Source of the DNA: Eledone cirrhosa
Lineage: Eukaryota
Direction of reading: 5' to 3'
Length of the DNA: 64,000 nucleotides
Assembly (NCBI GenBank): GCA_964016885.1
Contig: OZ024745.1
Span: 9,300,001 to 9,364,000 of the forward strand
Numbering within the stretch: position 1 is the stretch's first letter; each line of letters begins with the position of its first letter. The translations under genes and the position numbers were made by a program. The notes beneath the pieces were generated by a model. The model was not told where the DNA came from. It did not search any database and saw nothing but the letters and a program-made list of their open reading frames with translations. Positions 12,713-25,460 of this stretch are shown piece by piece.

Positions 12713-13204
12713 TGTAAGTGTGAGAGAGAGAGATTGATTAATTATCACTTTTAGCTGTTTTTGCTTGCCACTTTTTGTATTGCCAAAACAATTGAATTCT
12801 TTTCTTTTACACACACTCTCACACATGTATATATAGGTACGTTCATTAGTGTTCTCCACAAGGAAGATTGTAGCGTTTCAAATGTAGATAACAAACTTTT
12901 CCTTTTACGTATAGACGTGTGTATGTAAAAGGAAAAGTGTGTATATACGTATAAAAATATAAAGACCCCATAACTCCTTGTGGAGTGGTAGAGGCACCGT
13001 CATACGGTGTGTTTAGGGCACACTTAAACCTGGTGGAGCCCAATCCTCTCCAGGTCTGAACACACCCAATTTATTCTATAGAAGAATAATCAACCCCAGT
13101 ACTGGACTGATATTTTTTTTATCGACCTCGAAAAGATGGACAAAGTTGACCATGGTGGGATTTGAACTCAGAGTGCGCAATGAGGTGGGATGAATACCGT
13201 AAAG

Positions 13205-13391
13205 CAGGCATGTCAAACATGCAGGCCGTGAGCAACCCTTTACGAGCACACCTGCTGCCCCCACAAAGGTCTTTACACAAAGCCCATGCATGTTTTATCT
13301 TCGTAATATAAAATATAAAACAGTTAGTTGTTGTTTGTGGCCTCCAGACAACACGTGTGACCCCTGGGGGACCCTCAGTTTGACATACCTG
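13205..13391. mobile_element. hAT (Charlie-like) MITE nested in a SINE
   Basis: TIRs CAGGCATGTCAAAC / GTTTGACATACCTG; 8-bp TSD CCGTAAAG / TTGTAAAG; SINE sequence resumes on both sides (~13090-13430). Confidence 0.8.
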
Positions 13392-13438
13392 TTGTAAAGC
13401 ATTGTATCTGACGTCTTAAAGACAATTTGCCACCTATG

Positions 13439-13479
<41 letters not shown>

Positions 13480-13527
13480 ATAAAATAACAGGAGGCCGGA
13501 CTGGTGTAATTCCTTAAAATGTTTATT

Positions 13528-13585
13528 ATACTATGATCATTTCAGTGACCGGGTTCAGTATGAATCCGGTGACCTCATCAGGTAT
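13528..13585 (-). ncRNA. Type I hammerhead ribozyme motif, Penelope-type
   Basis: Minus strand reads ATAC-CTGATGA-GGTCACCGG...CCGGTCACT-GAAA-TGATCA-TA-GTAT then AATAAA. Confidence 0.72.
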
Positions 13586-13708
13586 TCAAAATATAACAAA
13601 GGAATATAATAGACAAAATCCATGGGGCTGAAAATCAGACATGAGGGCGGCCGAAAATTTAGCAGCTTTTAGCCCAGTCGGCCACCCTCGAGTCATATAT
13701 ATATATAT

Positions 13709-14034
13709 CCCCCCCACAGGAACAAGCCGAAGCTGAAGCATATAGACAATATGCCCCCACACCCTCCCACTGCAAAGTGGTCGTGGAGGTGCCACGGCAA
13801 AAAAGCACCCAGCCCACACTGTAAAGTGGACGTGTAGGCGCCATAGAAAAAAAGCACCCACCACTCACTGTAAATGAGGTTGGTGTTAGGAAGGGCATCC
13901 AGCTGTAGAAATCAAGCCAGAATCAGTTCCTGTATGAGCAAGACAAGGTCAGCCGACTGGACACTGCCCACATCAGGACAACCCGTCTAACCCATGTTAG
14001 CGTGGAAGAACGGACGTAAAACGGTGGTGATGAT
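13709..14034 (+). mobile_element. 3' UTR fragment of PHD-RT RTE subfamily B, flanked by (TA)n on both sides
   Basis: Matches 21650-21957 and the reverse complement of 41064-41370; ends GGACGTAAAACGGTGGTGATGAT. Confidence 0.85.
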
Positions 14035-14059
14035 ATATATATATAGTGACTATTCCAAA

Positions 14060-14340
14060 TGGTCTTTACTATGAAGATGTTAAGTCATAAGTCAGTTCTC
14101 AGACAGAGCAGTGCATTGTGTCCTTGAGAAAGACACTTTATTTCACGTTGCTTCAGTTCACTCAGATGGCAATAATGAGTTGCACTGGTAATTCAAGAAG
14201 CCAGCTTTGTTACACATTGTGTCACTATCAATCTCCCTTAGAACTATGTTAAGGGTGCATGTTTCTGTGGAATGCTTAGCCACTTACATTTCAATTTAAT
14301 GAGTAAAAATGTTATTGTTTGACAACTAGAGCACTCACCA
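14060..14340 (+). mobile_element. Degraded tRNA-derived SINE
   Basis: GTGTCCTTGAGAAAGACACTTTATTTCACGTTGC motif shared (reverse complement) with 600-729. Confidence 0.65.
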
Positions 14341-16099
14341 GAAATGACAGAGGCCCAACAATAACAGTTGTTTTATGGTTGGTTTGGAAAAACACCAAAT
14401 GAAAGTTTGCTTTTTTATACTGGCCTTTCAGAACTATCTTGAGAGAGGGAGGGTGGGGGGAAGAGAAAGAGGAGAGAGAACATACATACATACATACATG
14501 CTCCTTAGATATGATGGATGTTAGAGCAAAGTAGTTTTAACAATATATACATTTTTTTACTATGTATATTACATTCTTCCAGAGTTTTGAGTAGATACAT
14601 TTAGAGAGTAAGAGATGGCTTAACGTCCTGTACCACATGAATCCACATTAGCAAGACACTCTTGAAAAGTAGTTTAAACTGCAGTGCATTAAAAGTTAGA
14701 CTTTACTTTAATGTACTACAAATTTCCACAAAGCACCTGGTTCACCCTGTAAGGTGCTGGTGCCATGATAAAAATTACCACACTTTTTAATGCAGTTGAC
14801 GTTAGGGATTCCAGCCATAGAAACCAAGCCACAATCTCTTCTGTATGAGAAAGGCACAATCACCTGATCTGGTTTGTCTTACAATGAGACAACTCATCTA
14901 TCCCATGCTAGCATGGAAAATAGATGTTAAACAGTGATATGTTCACTAACAAAGACACTACAAACATTTGGATTGACAAACCTGTTTTTAGATATTTTCT
15001 GCTAAATCATTATGGGTTGTTAAGAGATAAATTAATTTTTGGGTGTACCTTAAAATTTAGAATTGCGATCTGAATCTAGGATTGCCTTTGGGAAGTGAGT
15101 GAAGATTTTGAACTTGAATTAACAATTCAATTGATCATACGACAGGAATAGCAAGAGAGATCAAAGATTTACTAGAATGCATTGAGAATAGATTTGAGTG
15201 CAGTGCAAGTAGAAGTGTTGCTAAAAACTAATTCAGTAGGATATGCTTACCAAAGAGATGTAATTAGGGAGAATGGAAGTTTTGTTTGGTTGTATCACTA
15301 TTATCATCATCAATTTTATGCTGACTTCTGCCGCCCTCATGCTGGCATGGGTTAGATGGGGCTTTTTTGTGCAATGTTTTACAGCTGGATGTCTTTCCTG
15401 ACACCAACCCGTTTAATCACTTTTTATGACATATAGGGATACAGTATACCTACTTTAAACCAGATACACATGTTTATTAAAAATAAACCTTCATAATAGA
15501 TTCTTTGAGGTGCTTTCAGATAGAAAGAATTAATATTTGGGTAACAGTTTAGATTTTCTAAATCGTAATTCTTGCTTTCAATTCCACATTTTTTTGGTAA
15601 ACATTATTTTTGTTTCTTTTTGTAATGTCTCTTGGGAGAAGATTATGTTTGTGGCTATTGTAACATGATGAATCTGCTGACACTAAAACAAACTTGCCTG
15701 AAGATGTCAGAGATGATCTTATTTCACTAAATTATGGCAGAAGTGCTATTTACCTGGGAATATTCAAATTTTACATTGTGTGTAAATGGTTAATGTTTGA
15801 GGAATGCAGAGAGCGTATATGAGCCGAGGTCATGGTTCATCCGAGAAGTCAGATGTTAAATGGTGATGATAATAACAGTAAAAACAGATGACAGAAGAAC
15901 ATGAATATTTGGGGGCACGGGTATAGAAAATAAAACAAACTAAATTATCTTGCATATTTTGAACTTAAATTGTATTTTTGTTTATTAAATACACTTTTTG
16001 CTTTCATGATTTTTGGGAATAGGTTTATTACTGTTTTTATTTGAATATACTTTTTCCTTAAAAGACCACCACAAATCTCTTGAACTTCTAGTGATAGTC

Positions 16100-16700
16100 A
16101 TTAGCATGGATCAGTTCTGTTACAACATAGGGAGAGATGAATCACTGGTCCAGTTTTATGGTTATACAAATATAAAATATTTGGCAGGACAGTTCAGGTT
16201 GTACTTCAGGTTGTACTCTCAGAAGGGAGATAGGTGTAAAATTCAAACTAACTATCTTCATTTCGGTGTTTATTCCTGTCTTTACTTATGGTCATGAATC
16301 TTGGGTAATGACTAAAAGAACATGATCATGAATACAAGCAACTGAAATAGGGTTCTTCTGAAAGGGCTTTGGAGTAATGTTACTTGATAGGGTATGTAGC
16401 CCAGAGATCAGGAAGTCACTCAGGTAGAGCCACTACTTTTCTGCATTGAGAAATCACAACTCAAGTACTACGGACATGTTGTTAGATTGTTTAAGAAAAG
16501 AATTGCTGCACAGATTTTACAGGCAAAGCCAACAGGCAGAAAGCCCAGAAGTAGACCACAAGCAAGATGGTTGGATTATAGCCATAAGCTCAGTTGGTCT
16601 CACTTGGGGATCCATCTGGATCATTTGATGATGGTTGCTTCTGACAGGACTCTCAGGAAGGCATGTTTGATGACTCTTCCCCCCATGATCATCTCAGGAA
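16100..16700 (+). pseudogene. Decayed 3' fragment of a Rex3/Expander-type RTE LINE
   Basis: Translates with stops to FIPVFTYGHESWVMT...LLDRV...IEKSQLKYYGHV...AKPTGRKPRSRPQARWLDY. Confidence 0.75.
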
Positions 16701-17236
16701 TAAATAATTGAAAAAGAAGAAACATGTATCCTCTATTTTAAAAATAGCAGCAGCATGTGACTGCTATATTGAGTAGGTTGCATGATTATGTAGAATCTTT
16801 TTTCCTTACATATTCTTAGAAAACCTTTTTTTTTTACTTTCTCCTGTAATATTTGTACTGTTAAGTTTCTGCTGGTTTGTCTCATTGCAACTGATTTAAG
16901 TGGGAATGGAGAAGGAAGATAAATAAACAACAGCTTTCAAAGACCTTGGTGGTTTGGAATAAGAAAATAGAGGAAGGTAATAGATATGCTGTGAGTGAAT
17001 ATAATATATTTACTGACACATAGGGGATTGTTAGAGACTGTTGTAGAAATAGTTTTGAAGCTACATTTGAACTGACTTTGTGGGTTTTAGACAGGTTTAT
17101 TTGCACCCATAAATGTAATAGACAGTGATTTATAAATATTTTCAGAAAAAACTTTTATTAAAACCTTATTTGAGCCAAAATAAATTTAACCTGTAATTTG
17201 TTTTCTATAGAACTTTTCTATATTTTATAGATTTTA

Positions 17237-17862
17237 TTAACCCTTTAAAATATTAATCCTTTTAATACGAAACCCCCTGAAATCATCCCAGGTTCTTTAA
17301 TAAAAAGAACTTTATTTTAAAGTGTTTATCTTTCTCTAAAAACTTCCCATCATTACAAATACCATTATAATAATTGTTTCTACTTTTGGCACAAGGCCAG
17401 CAATTACCCAGTGCATTACTGGTACTTTATTTTATTGACCCCCGTAAGGATGAAAGGCAAAATTAACCTCGGCGGGATTTGAACTCAGAATGGAAAGGGC
17501 CGTAACTCTATGCGTCAAAGCATGGCGTCCGACCCTCTACCGATACTGCCAATCCACCGCCCTAATGGTTTGTAATTTAGGTACAAGGTCAACAATTCAT
17601 GGAGAAGGCAAAGTTGATTAATTCAGCCCCAGTACTTAACTGGTATTTTGTTGACCCTCAAAAGAATGAAAGGCAAAGTTGACCCTGGTGGTATTTAAAT
17701 TTAGAACATAAAGCATTTTCCCCAACACTAATGATTTTGCTAATCCAACAACATAATAATGAGTTATGATACTAAATTTTCCCCAATTCTTCATTATTTT
17801 CAAAATTAATTGGAAATCATAGACAGTGCCTTTTATTAGAAATATGGTAATGAAAAGGTTAA
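17237..17862. mobile_element. piggyBac-like MITE containing two SINEs
   Basis: TTAACCCTTT at left end and AAAAGGTTAA at right end; homologous to 3898-4342. Confidence 0.6.
17370..17562 (-). mobile_element. Young tRNA-derived SINE (second family), followed by an older copy at 17563-17750
   Basis: Near-identical to 28180-28370 and to the reverse complement of 27434-27627; A box TGGCAGTATCGG and B box GTTCAAATC on minus strand. Confidence 0.85.
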
Positions 17863-20179
17863 AGACATAGACAGTGTCTTTTATTGGAAATATGGCAACA
17901 AAAGGATTAATATTTCAAAGTTATTCTACAGAGTTAGTTTTGACATACGTTTATTTACTGAATTTGTCTGTATTGAGTCCATCCATTATTTAAATCTTAC
18001 TTAGCTGTTAGTGTAGCCCAACAACCACTGGTTATGTTATTAATTGTACATATTAAAAAAATATGTTAGAAAGGACTTATTTATTAGCTATTTTACATTT
18101 GCTGAGAAAGTATTTGTGTGTAATTAAAACCAATGAAGACATTTTTATTTACTAAATATATATTTTTACATTATTCCTTTATACTTTTCATGTAATGTGA
18201 TCACAGTATATGTCAGAGACAATTTCAATTAAGACCAGAGAAAATGTATTTTTGCTCCCATTTTTTCTCTGTTTACGGAAATATCTCTATACAATTACCT
18301 TCAACCTCATTTTACACATATGTAAATAAGAGATTAAAAATGTAATTAAAATATATAAATATAAATACCAGAAAATATTTTAACCTCCAGTCTGCTTTTA
18401 TTACCAGAAAACTAGTTTCCTCTATAAATTGTCAAGCCCATGCAAGCATGGAAAAAATAGATGATGTTGATGATGATTAATTTTGCTAAGTGCTATAGTA
18501 GCTCTAGCTAGTAGCATGCTTATACTTGTTAATGGGATGAATATTTCACTAAGACTGGCAAAGTGAACTAATAACAAAACCTGTGAATGTATTTCTTGTG
18601 ATTTTATCATTGTCTGAAATCATCCCTCCATTTTTAATCTTCTTCTTTTCAGTTTATTCAATCAGCTTGCATAAGTGAATAATTCTAGCTAGGGATGTAT
18701 GATTCACTGGTCACATAGACTACTGACACAGTAAATAGCCAATCAGAAACAAGTTATCAGCTGTCAGCTTGTATCATAGCAAATTATTGATATGTTAAAA
18801 TCTGAAGAATCGAAGTAAATAAACTCTAGTTTCATTTTTCTTATGTGGTAACTTATAACTGTATTTTTATTATTGAATTTCTAGTATGTTTATTCTAAAT
18901 GATGAGAAAAAAAAATACTGAAAAAGAGGAAAGAAATTATTGATCCTTTTTGCTCTGTTTGAAATTAGAATCTGTAATTTGAATATGTATCTCTTTGTCT
19001 TCTGTTGTTGCCTGTTGTGAACATCTAATGGCAGACTTTATATATCATCATGCCATATTATCTTGATAAACTTTGACATTTCATATTAATTTGTGGAATA
19101 TATTGTAACTTATTAATGAGTTATTTCAGATATAATTTATTTCAACTAACCTTCGCTAGGGCGAAATAAAATTCTGATTTTATTTTTAATATTCAACAAG
19201 GCCAGTCGTAACTCACTTGCTATGCAAATGAGGCTACTCAGCCTATATATATATTGTACAGAAAACTCTACAGGGTTATATTAAAGAGATGACTGTGTTC
19301 AAATTTGATTTTCATATTATTGACTTCATCTTTCCTAATTGGTATTTTGTTTAATTTGGAACAATAATGTTATGTTGTGATAATGACATTATTATTGTCA
19401 CAAGGCAGTAGGAGATCATGGAAATGATGTACACCACTTCATACTGAAGATGTGAGCAAGAAGGTCTTATTATTTCAAACTAAACATATAAAGACTAATT
19501 TGGGAATATGGAAAATCCTTAAAGAATTTAAGCTTAGTCACATTCATTTTTGTATCTGATATAAATTGTCTGAAGTTGATTTATTTTCATTTATCACTGG
19601 TCAGAATGTTAGTTTGTGGCTGAGGAAGAAAATGAGACTATCAACTGTGTATTATAATTCCTTTTCTATTTGTTATTAGGCTCTAGAAATTCTAAATGGA
19701 CAAATTAACACTTACTAACCTGTAATAATTTAGCAGAAAATATTTTAAATGGGTTTGTTATTTCAAATGTTTATAGTATCTTTACTAGTTGACAGTGATG
19801 TGAAAATTTGCAGTATGAGAGTAAAGACTTTAATTTTTAAACATGAGGCAGTGAAAATGCTGGTTTTGTACATATGTCCTACTAATGTAGTACAGGATGT
19901 TAAGAATTAGGGCTTTGAATTAACTGAATGATTGATTGGTATGACACCAGAGATAGTTGGGAAGATTTGAAGGGTCGTGTTAGACTTTTAGTTTGAAATA
20001 ACTTAGATAAAATGTTTTTATGGATCTTTGTAGATTTTCTTCCTATATGATGGTGCTAGTTATTTGCAAACTTCTTTTGCCTCATTTACATGTTAGACAA
20101 TAAGATTGGGTTACAAAATGCAGAATCGAATGCCCTGTATTTTCATATTAATTTTATTTTACTTCTTTCTAACACCATT

Positions 20180-20551
20180 CATCATCATCACTTTTGTTTT
20201 TCCATGTTTACATGGGTTGGATGATTCCTTTCCTCTCTCTCTACTTGAAGCAATCCTTCATCTTCTCTGTGAGCTTCTGTGTTTTTAATCAGTTCTAACC
20301 ACCTTTGCCCAAGTTTTTCTTGTTTTTTCTCTACTATTACATCTTTTCACTGGAATCACCTGTCACTTCTTAACCTAGTGTTCATCATCCATATGCCTCA
20401 CATGTATAAACCAGTATGGGTTTCTTTCATGCATCTAATTACTCTTATACCCACCTTTTCTCTCAGGTCAGCCATGCTTTGTTGTTCATGTACATTACAT
20501 ATCAAATGGAGCATGCTTGTTTTATTTCTCTCAGTTTCCATATATCCTCTG
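20180..20551 (-). mobile_element. Old RTE-family 3' fragment, interrupted by a younger copy
   Basis: (CAT)n and stem-loop terminus at ~20180-20225; encodes AEDIWKL-ERNKTSML...LREKVGIR; continues at 21958. Confidence 0.7.
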
Positions 20552-21957
20552 CACAAGCCATGTATAAGGGAGCAGTCAGCAAAGTTAGGATTAGCAATGA
20601 GTATAGCGAGGAATTTAGCGTACAGGTTGGTGTCCACCAGGGCTCTGTTCTTAGCCCTCTCCTGTTCATCATAGTCCTGCAAGCAATAACAGAGGAGTTT
20701 AAGACCGGATGCCCATGGGAACTCCTGTATGCAGATGACCTCGCACTTATAGCCGAATCTATGATAGAACTAGAGAAGAAATTGCAAACTTGGAAGCAGG
20801 GACTAGAAAGAAAGGGTCTCAAAGTCAGCATAACAAAGACTAAGGTCCTTGTAAGTAGACGAGAAAACAGAACCCAGATCCCCTCAGGGAAATGGCCTTG
20901 CTCAGTATGTAGGAAAGGTGTAGGTAGGAACTCCATTCTCTGCCCCAAATGCAAACAATGGGTACACAAGAGATGTAGCGGGATCTCGGGAAGCTTAATT
21001 AAGAATATAGCAGCTGTGCTGGGACAGCAAACAGCCACAGGAAACAAGTACCACCAATCTCTGGGAGGGCTCTGTAGAGACAGTAGACAGCTTCTGCTAC
21101 CTAGGTGACCGAATTAGCAGTGGAGGTAGGTGTTCAGAAAGTACAATAACTAGGGTAAGAACGGGATGGAAGAAGTTCAGGGAACTACTGCCACTGCTAG
21201 CTGCAAAAGGCTTCTCCCTCAAAATGAAGGGCAGACTGTATGATGCAATGTTACATGGTAGTGAGACCTGGGCGCTGAAGGTGGAAGACTTAGGTAGATT
21301 AGAAAGAAACGAAGCCTGCATGCTCCGATGGATGTGTAATAGTAATATACGCGAACGACAAAGCATAAATGAATTGAGAGAGAGACTGAGCATCAGAGGA
21401 ATCAAATGCTGTGTGCAGGAGAGGCGGTTGCGTTGGTATGGATATGTGATGCATATGAAGGATGACAGCTGCATAAAAAGGTGCAGAGCACTAGAAGTCA
21501 TTGGAAGCCGCAGAGTGGGGAGATCCAAGAAGACCTGTGATGAGGTGTTAGGGGCCGACCGTACCCAGTTGCGCCTCTCAAAGGCGATGACACACGACCG
21601 TGACCTCTGGCGTCAAGCAGTAATACAGAGTACCCGACCTCCCATGGGTAGAAGCTGAAGCATATAGACAATATGCCTCCACACCCTCCCACTGTAAAGT
21701 GGTCGTGGAGGTGCCACGGCAAAAAAGCACCCAGCCCACACTGTAAAGTGGACGTGTAGGCGCCACGGAAAAAAGCACCCAGCACTCACTGTAAATGAGG
21801 TTGGTGTTAGGAAGGGCATCCAGCTGTAGAAATCAAGCCAAAATCAGTTCCTGTATGAGCAAGGCATGGCTGGCCGACCAGACACTGCCCACAACAGGAC
21901 AACCTGTCTAACCCATGCTAGCATGGAAGAACGGATGTAAAACGATGATGATGATGA
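20552..21957 (+). mobile_element. PHD-RT RTE subfamily B, 5'-truncated, frameshifted, (GAT)n tail
   Basis: ORFs 20416-21108 (GVHQGS, YADD, PHD part) and 21224-21658; ~300-bp 3' UTR. Confidence 0.92.
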
Positions 21958-22400
21958 CTTACTGCCCACGTCTCACTGTCATGTAACATCACACTTCTCA
22001 CATATGAATCATACAATCTACCATTTACTGCCCACGTCTCACTGTCATGTAACATCACACTTCTCACATGAATCATACAATCTACCAATTACTGCCCACG
22101 TCTCACTGTCATGTAACATCACACGTCTCACTGTCATGTAACATCACACTTCTCACATATGAATCATACAATCTACCATTTACTGCCCACGTCTCACTGT
22201 CATGTAACATCACACTTCTCACAGTTGCATCATACAATCTACCAATTACTGCCCACGTCTCACTGTCATGTAACATCACACGTCTCACTGTCATGTAACA
22301 TCACACTTCTCACATATGCATCATACAATCTACCATTTACTGCCCACGTCTCACTGTCATGTAACATCACACTTCTCACATATGCATCATATACCCTTTG
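21958..22400. repeat. ~66-bp minisatellite derived from RTE coding sequence
   Basis: Minus-strand unit encodes GRLYDA(Y)VRSVMLHDSETWAV; some units carry an extra ~24-bp sub-duplication. Confidence 0.88.
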
Positions 22401-23764
22401 CTGCCTATGTAAGGTATTCTAGCTTTGTGTAGTTGGCAACTTTAAATATATAATATTTCTAGCATTAGAAAGGTATGAAGTTGAAGAAACTATACTGAAA
22501 TTTGAACGTATGTGAGATGTGACCCCAGCCAGACATGGCCAGTAGCTCCAATTAAGTACTAGTTTACACTGTAATCACCTGTTCAACCCAAGCTCACTTT
22601 GAAAAAATGAATGTAAAATGATGATTTCTACTTGATTTGATTTTCTTTCCAATACAGAAAGTAACTTGTTAGTAGATTTAATTAGTATATTTTTAAAATC
22701 TTAACAATCATACAATTTTTAAAATTTTAACAATCATACAATTGTCGGGTATTTTCATTTTTAATTAGTGCTTTACTTGAAGAAAGCCTCAGAAGTGAGC
22801 CAAATATTATCTTTTCTTTGTTGAGCATATATGTATTATCATCATTAGTTTGTTTTTTCATGCTTGCATGGGTTGGATGAGTCTTCTCCAGCATGTAATC
22901 ATAATGTACATTACATATTCAGCAGAGTGTGCTTGCCTCATTTCTTTTCTGCCTTTGCCCACCTTATGCTGCCATGCAATATTGTACTTTGTCCACAAAC
23001 CTCTGCCTTTCACCCATAGATAGAATCACTTTGTTGTCATCCTGTTCAGCATGGAAAAACAGACATAACACACTGATGATAGTACAAATGAAAGACTAGA
23101 TATGTTACACATTTTGTTATTTCTATGACTCAGAACACAAAGTTCAAAACTATGAGGTAAATTTTTGAAATAATGTCATAATTAAAATTGTAATCTGTCC
23201 TTGAAAATGGGAGGTGAGAATTTAATAGAATAATAACAGCTGGTACATGGAACCTCAACATTTAACAGTTTAACTTATTTCAAAACAAAGTGTTTGCATG
23301 ATGAGATTTTTTGTTTTTCCATTCAATCTATTTCAAATCTCTCTCAATATATTCAGTAAAAATGATGGTCCAACAAATTTCAATAGGGTTGTTAAGTTGT
23401 TAATTCAGTCTCTGTCCCCACCACCACCAAAAAGACAAAAAAAAAAAAAAAAAAAAAAAAAAAAGCAATTACAATGAATTAAATAGTGTTTTGATCAATT
23501 TTAACAATCAAAATCAATGTTATCATTAACTTTGTTGTGCTACTCCAACTGAAAAATAGATATATGAGATGTTTACACAAGTCTTTCTCTTGTATTGTGT
23601 GAATAGACCTACTCTAAGCATGTGCTGTAGGCTGGTTAACTTGAGGAGGAGAGGGATGCACTCAAAGTGTCAGGCATTTCAGGATTGGTGGAGTACCTGG
23701 GTGGTTCACTCCCCCTATCTATTGGGGAATTTATTTTGTTATATTTTATATATATATATATTTT

Positions 23765-24983
23765 AGGAAAGAAAATAAGGCGCCGGTCCCTTCCGGGAAA
23801 TGGCCATGCTCAGTGTGTAGGAAAGGCGTAGGTAGAAACTCCATTTTATGTCCCAAATGCAAAGTATGGGTGCATAAAAGATGTAGTGGGATCACAGGTA
23901 AGCTAACTAAGAACATAGATTTTACATGTGGCCGGTGCTCTGGTGCAATAAGTAGCAGCAAGTGCCCACAAAATACTAGCTCTTTCAATTGCGCAGAGGG
24001 TTCTATAGAAATAGTGGACAGCTTCCGTTACCTGGGTGACAAAATCAGCAGCGGAGGAGGGTGCTCTGAAAGTACAGTAGCTAGAGTCAGAACTGGATGG
24101 AAAAAGTTCAGAGAGCTTATACCACTATTAGCCGCTAAAGGGTTCTCCCTAAAAATGAAAGGCTGGCTGTATGATGCCTGCATACGAACAGCAATGTTGC
24201 ATGGCAGTGAGACCTGGGCATTGTGTGCAGAGGATATACGCAGACTAGAGAGGAACGAAGCTTGCATGCTCCGCTGGATGTGTAATAGTAATATACGTGA
24301 ACGGCAAAGCATAAACGAACTAAGGGAAAAATTAGAAGTAAGAGGGATCAGATATTGTTTACTCGAGAGAAGGCTACGTTGGTATGGTCACGTGATGCGC
24401 ATGAAAGACGACAGCTGTATAAAAAAGTGCAGGGCAATAAAGATAGACGGTAGCCACGGAGTAGGCAGACCCAGAAAAACCTGGGACGACCTGATAAATT
24501 CCGACCTCACACACTTACACCTCTCCAAGACAATGTCACTGGACCGAGATCTTTGGCGGTACTCAGTAATAGAGAAGACCCGCCTTACCTAAATACAAAG
24601 TAAAACCTACTACAGTTAGTAGGCATCTCTAACAAAATACACCCCCGTCCCACCACCCCCACCTTATCCACACCGCCCCTTTCAATGTAAAGTTATGTTG
24701 GTGCCACAACATCCAGGCCGAAACAAATGAGATCGTGTAAGTGTCACGACAAAAAAAACACACAGTCCACGCTGTAATGTGGCCGTGTAGGTAACACGGT
24801 AAAAATCTCCCAGTCCACACTGTAAATGTGGTTGGTGTTAGGAAGGGCATCCAGCTGTAGAAAACCCGCCAGACAGTCCTATGCGAGCAAGACAACCACT
24901 CTTGCCTCAAGTGGGAAAACTCCTGTCCAAACCCATGCAAGCATGGAACATGGACATTAAACGATGATGATGATGATGATGAT
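23765..24983 (+). mobile_element. PHD-RT RTE subfamily C, 5'-truncated at a (TA)n tract, (GAT)n tail
   Basis: ORF 23813-24592 nearly identical to the C-terminus of the 55425-58400 ORF; same 3' UTR. Confidence 0.93.
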
Positions 24984-25038
24984 TTTATTTTTATATTTTT
25001 TTGTTGTTAAATAGGTTTTGTTGTGTATTTTCACTCAC

Positions 25039-25280
25039 AGTAGAGGGTCAGACGCCATGCTTTGACGCAAAGAGTTACGTCCCTTTACGACCTAAGTTCA
25101 AATTCTGCCGAGGTTAACTTTGCCTTTCATCCTTACGGGGTCGATAAAATAAAGTACCAGTAATGTACTGGGTAATTGCTAGCCTTGTGCCAAAAGTAGA
25201 AACAATTATTACAAACTCCACTGTCCCTGTCTTTGTATTGTCCCCTACATGTTGGCCCTTGTGGCCAATAAATGAAATTA
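25039..25280 (+). mobile_element. tRNA-derived SINE (5'-truncated, second family) plus additional SINE tail
   Basis: Matches 27455-27627. Confidence 0.8.
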
Positions 25281-25460
25281 TTATCATCATTATTCTTTGA
25301 AACTTCCTTTGAATTCTACACCTTTCCCAAATCATACCGAGTGTCAACCAGACTCCAGAGGTCAAATTTGATAATACACATATTTTATGATAATTTGTCA
25401 TACAAATGATGCTATAAGGGCACAAACACTAGTAAATGAGTAAATGTCTTTACAAGGTAT

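Noticed and set aside
12895-12938. 19-bp imperfect hairpin
   Set aside because: Short and low complexity; no element boundaries identifiable
19221-19232. Octamer motif ATGCAAAT near a small hairpin
   Set aside because: A single 8-mer is expected by chance in 64 kb of AT-rich DNA
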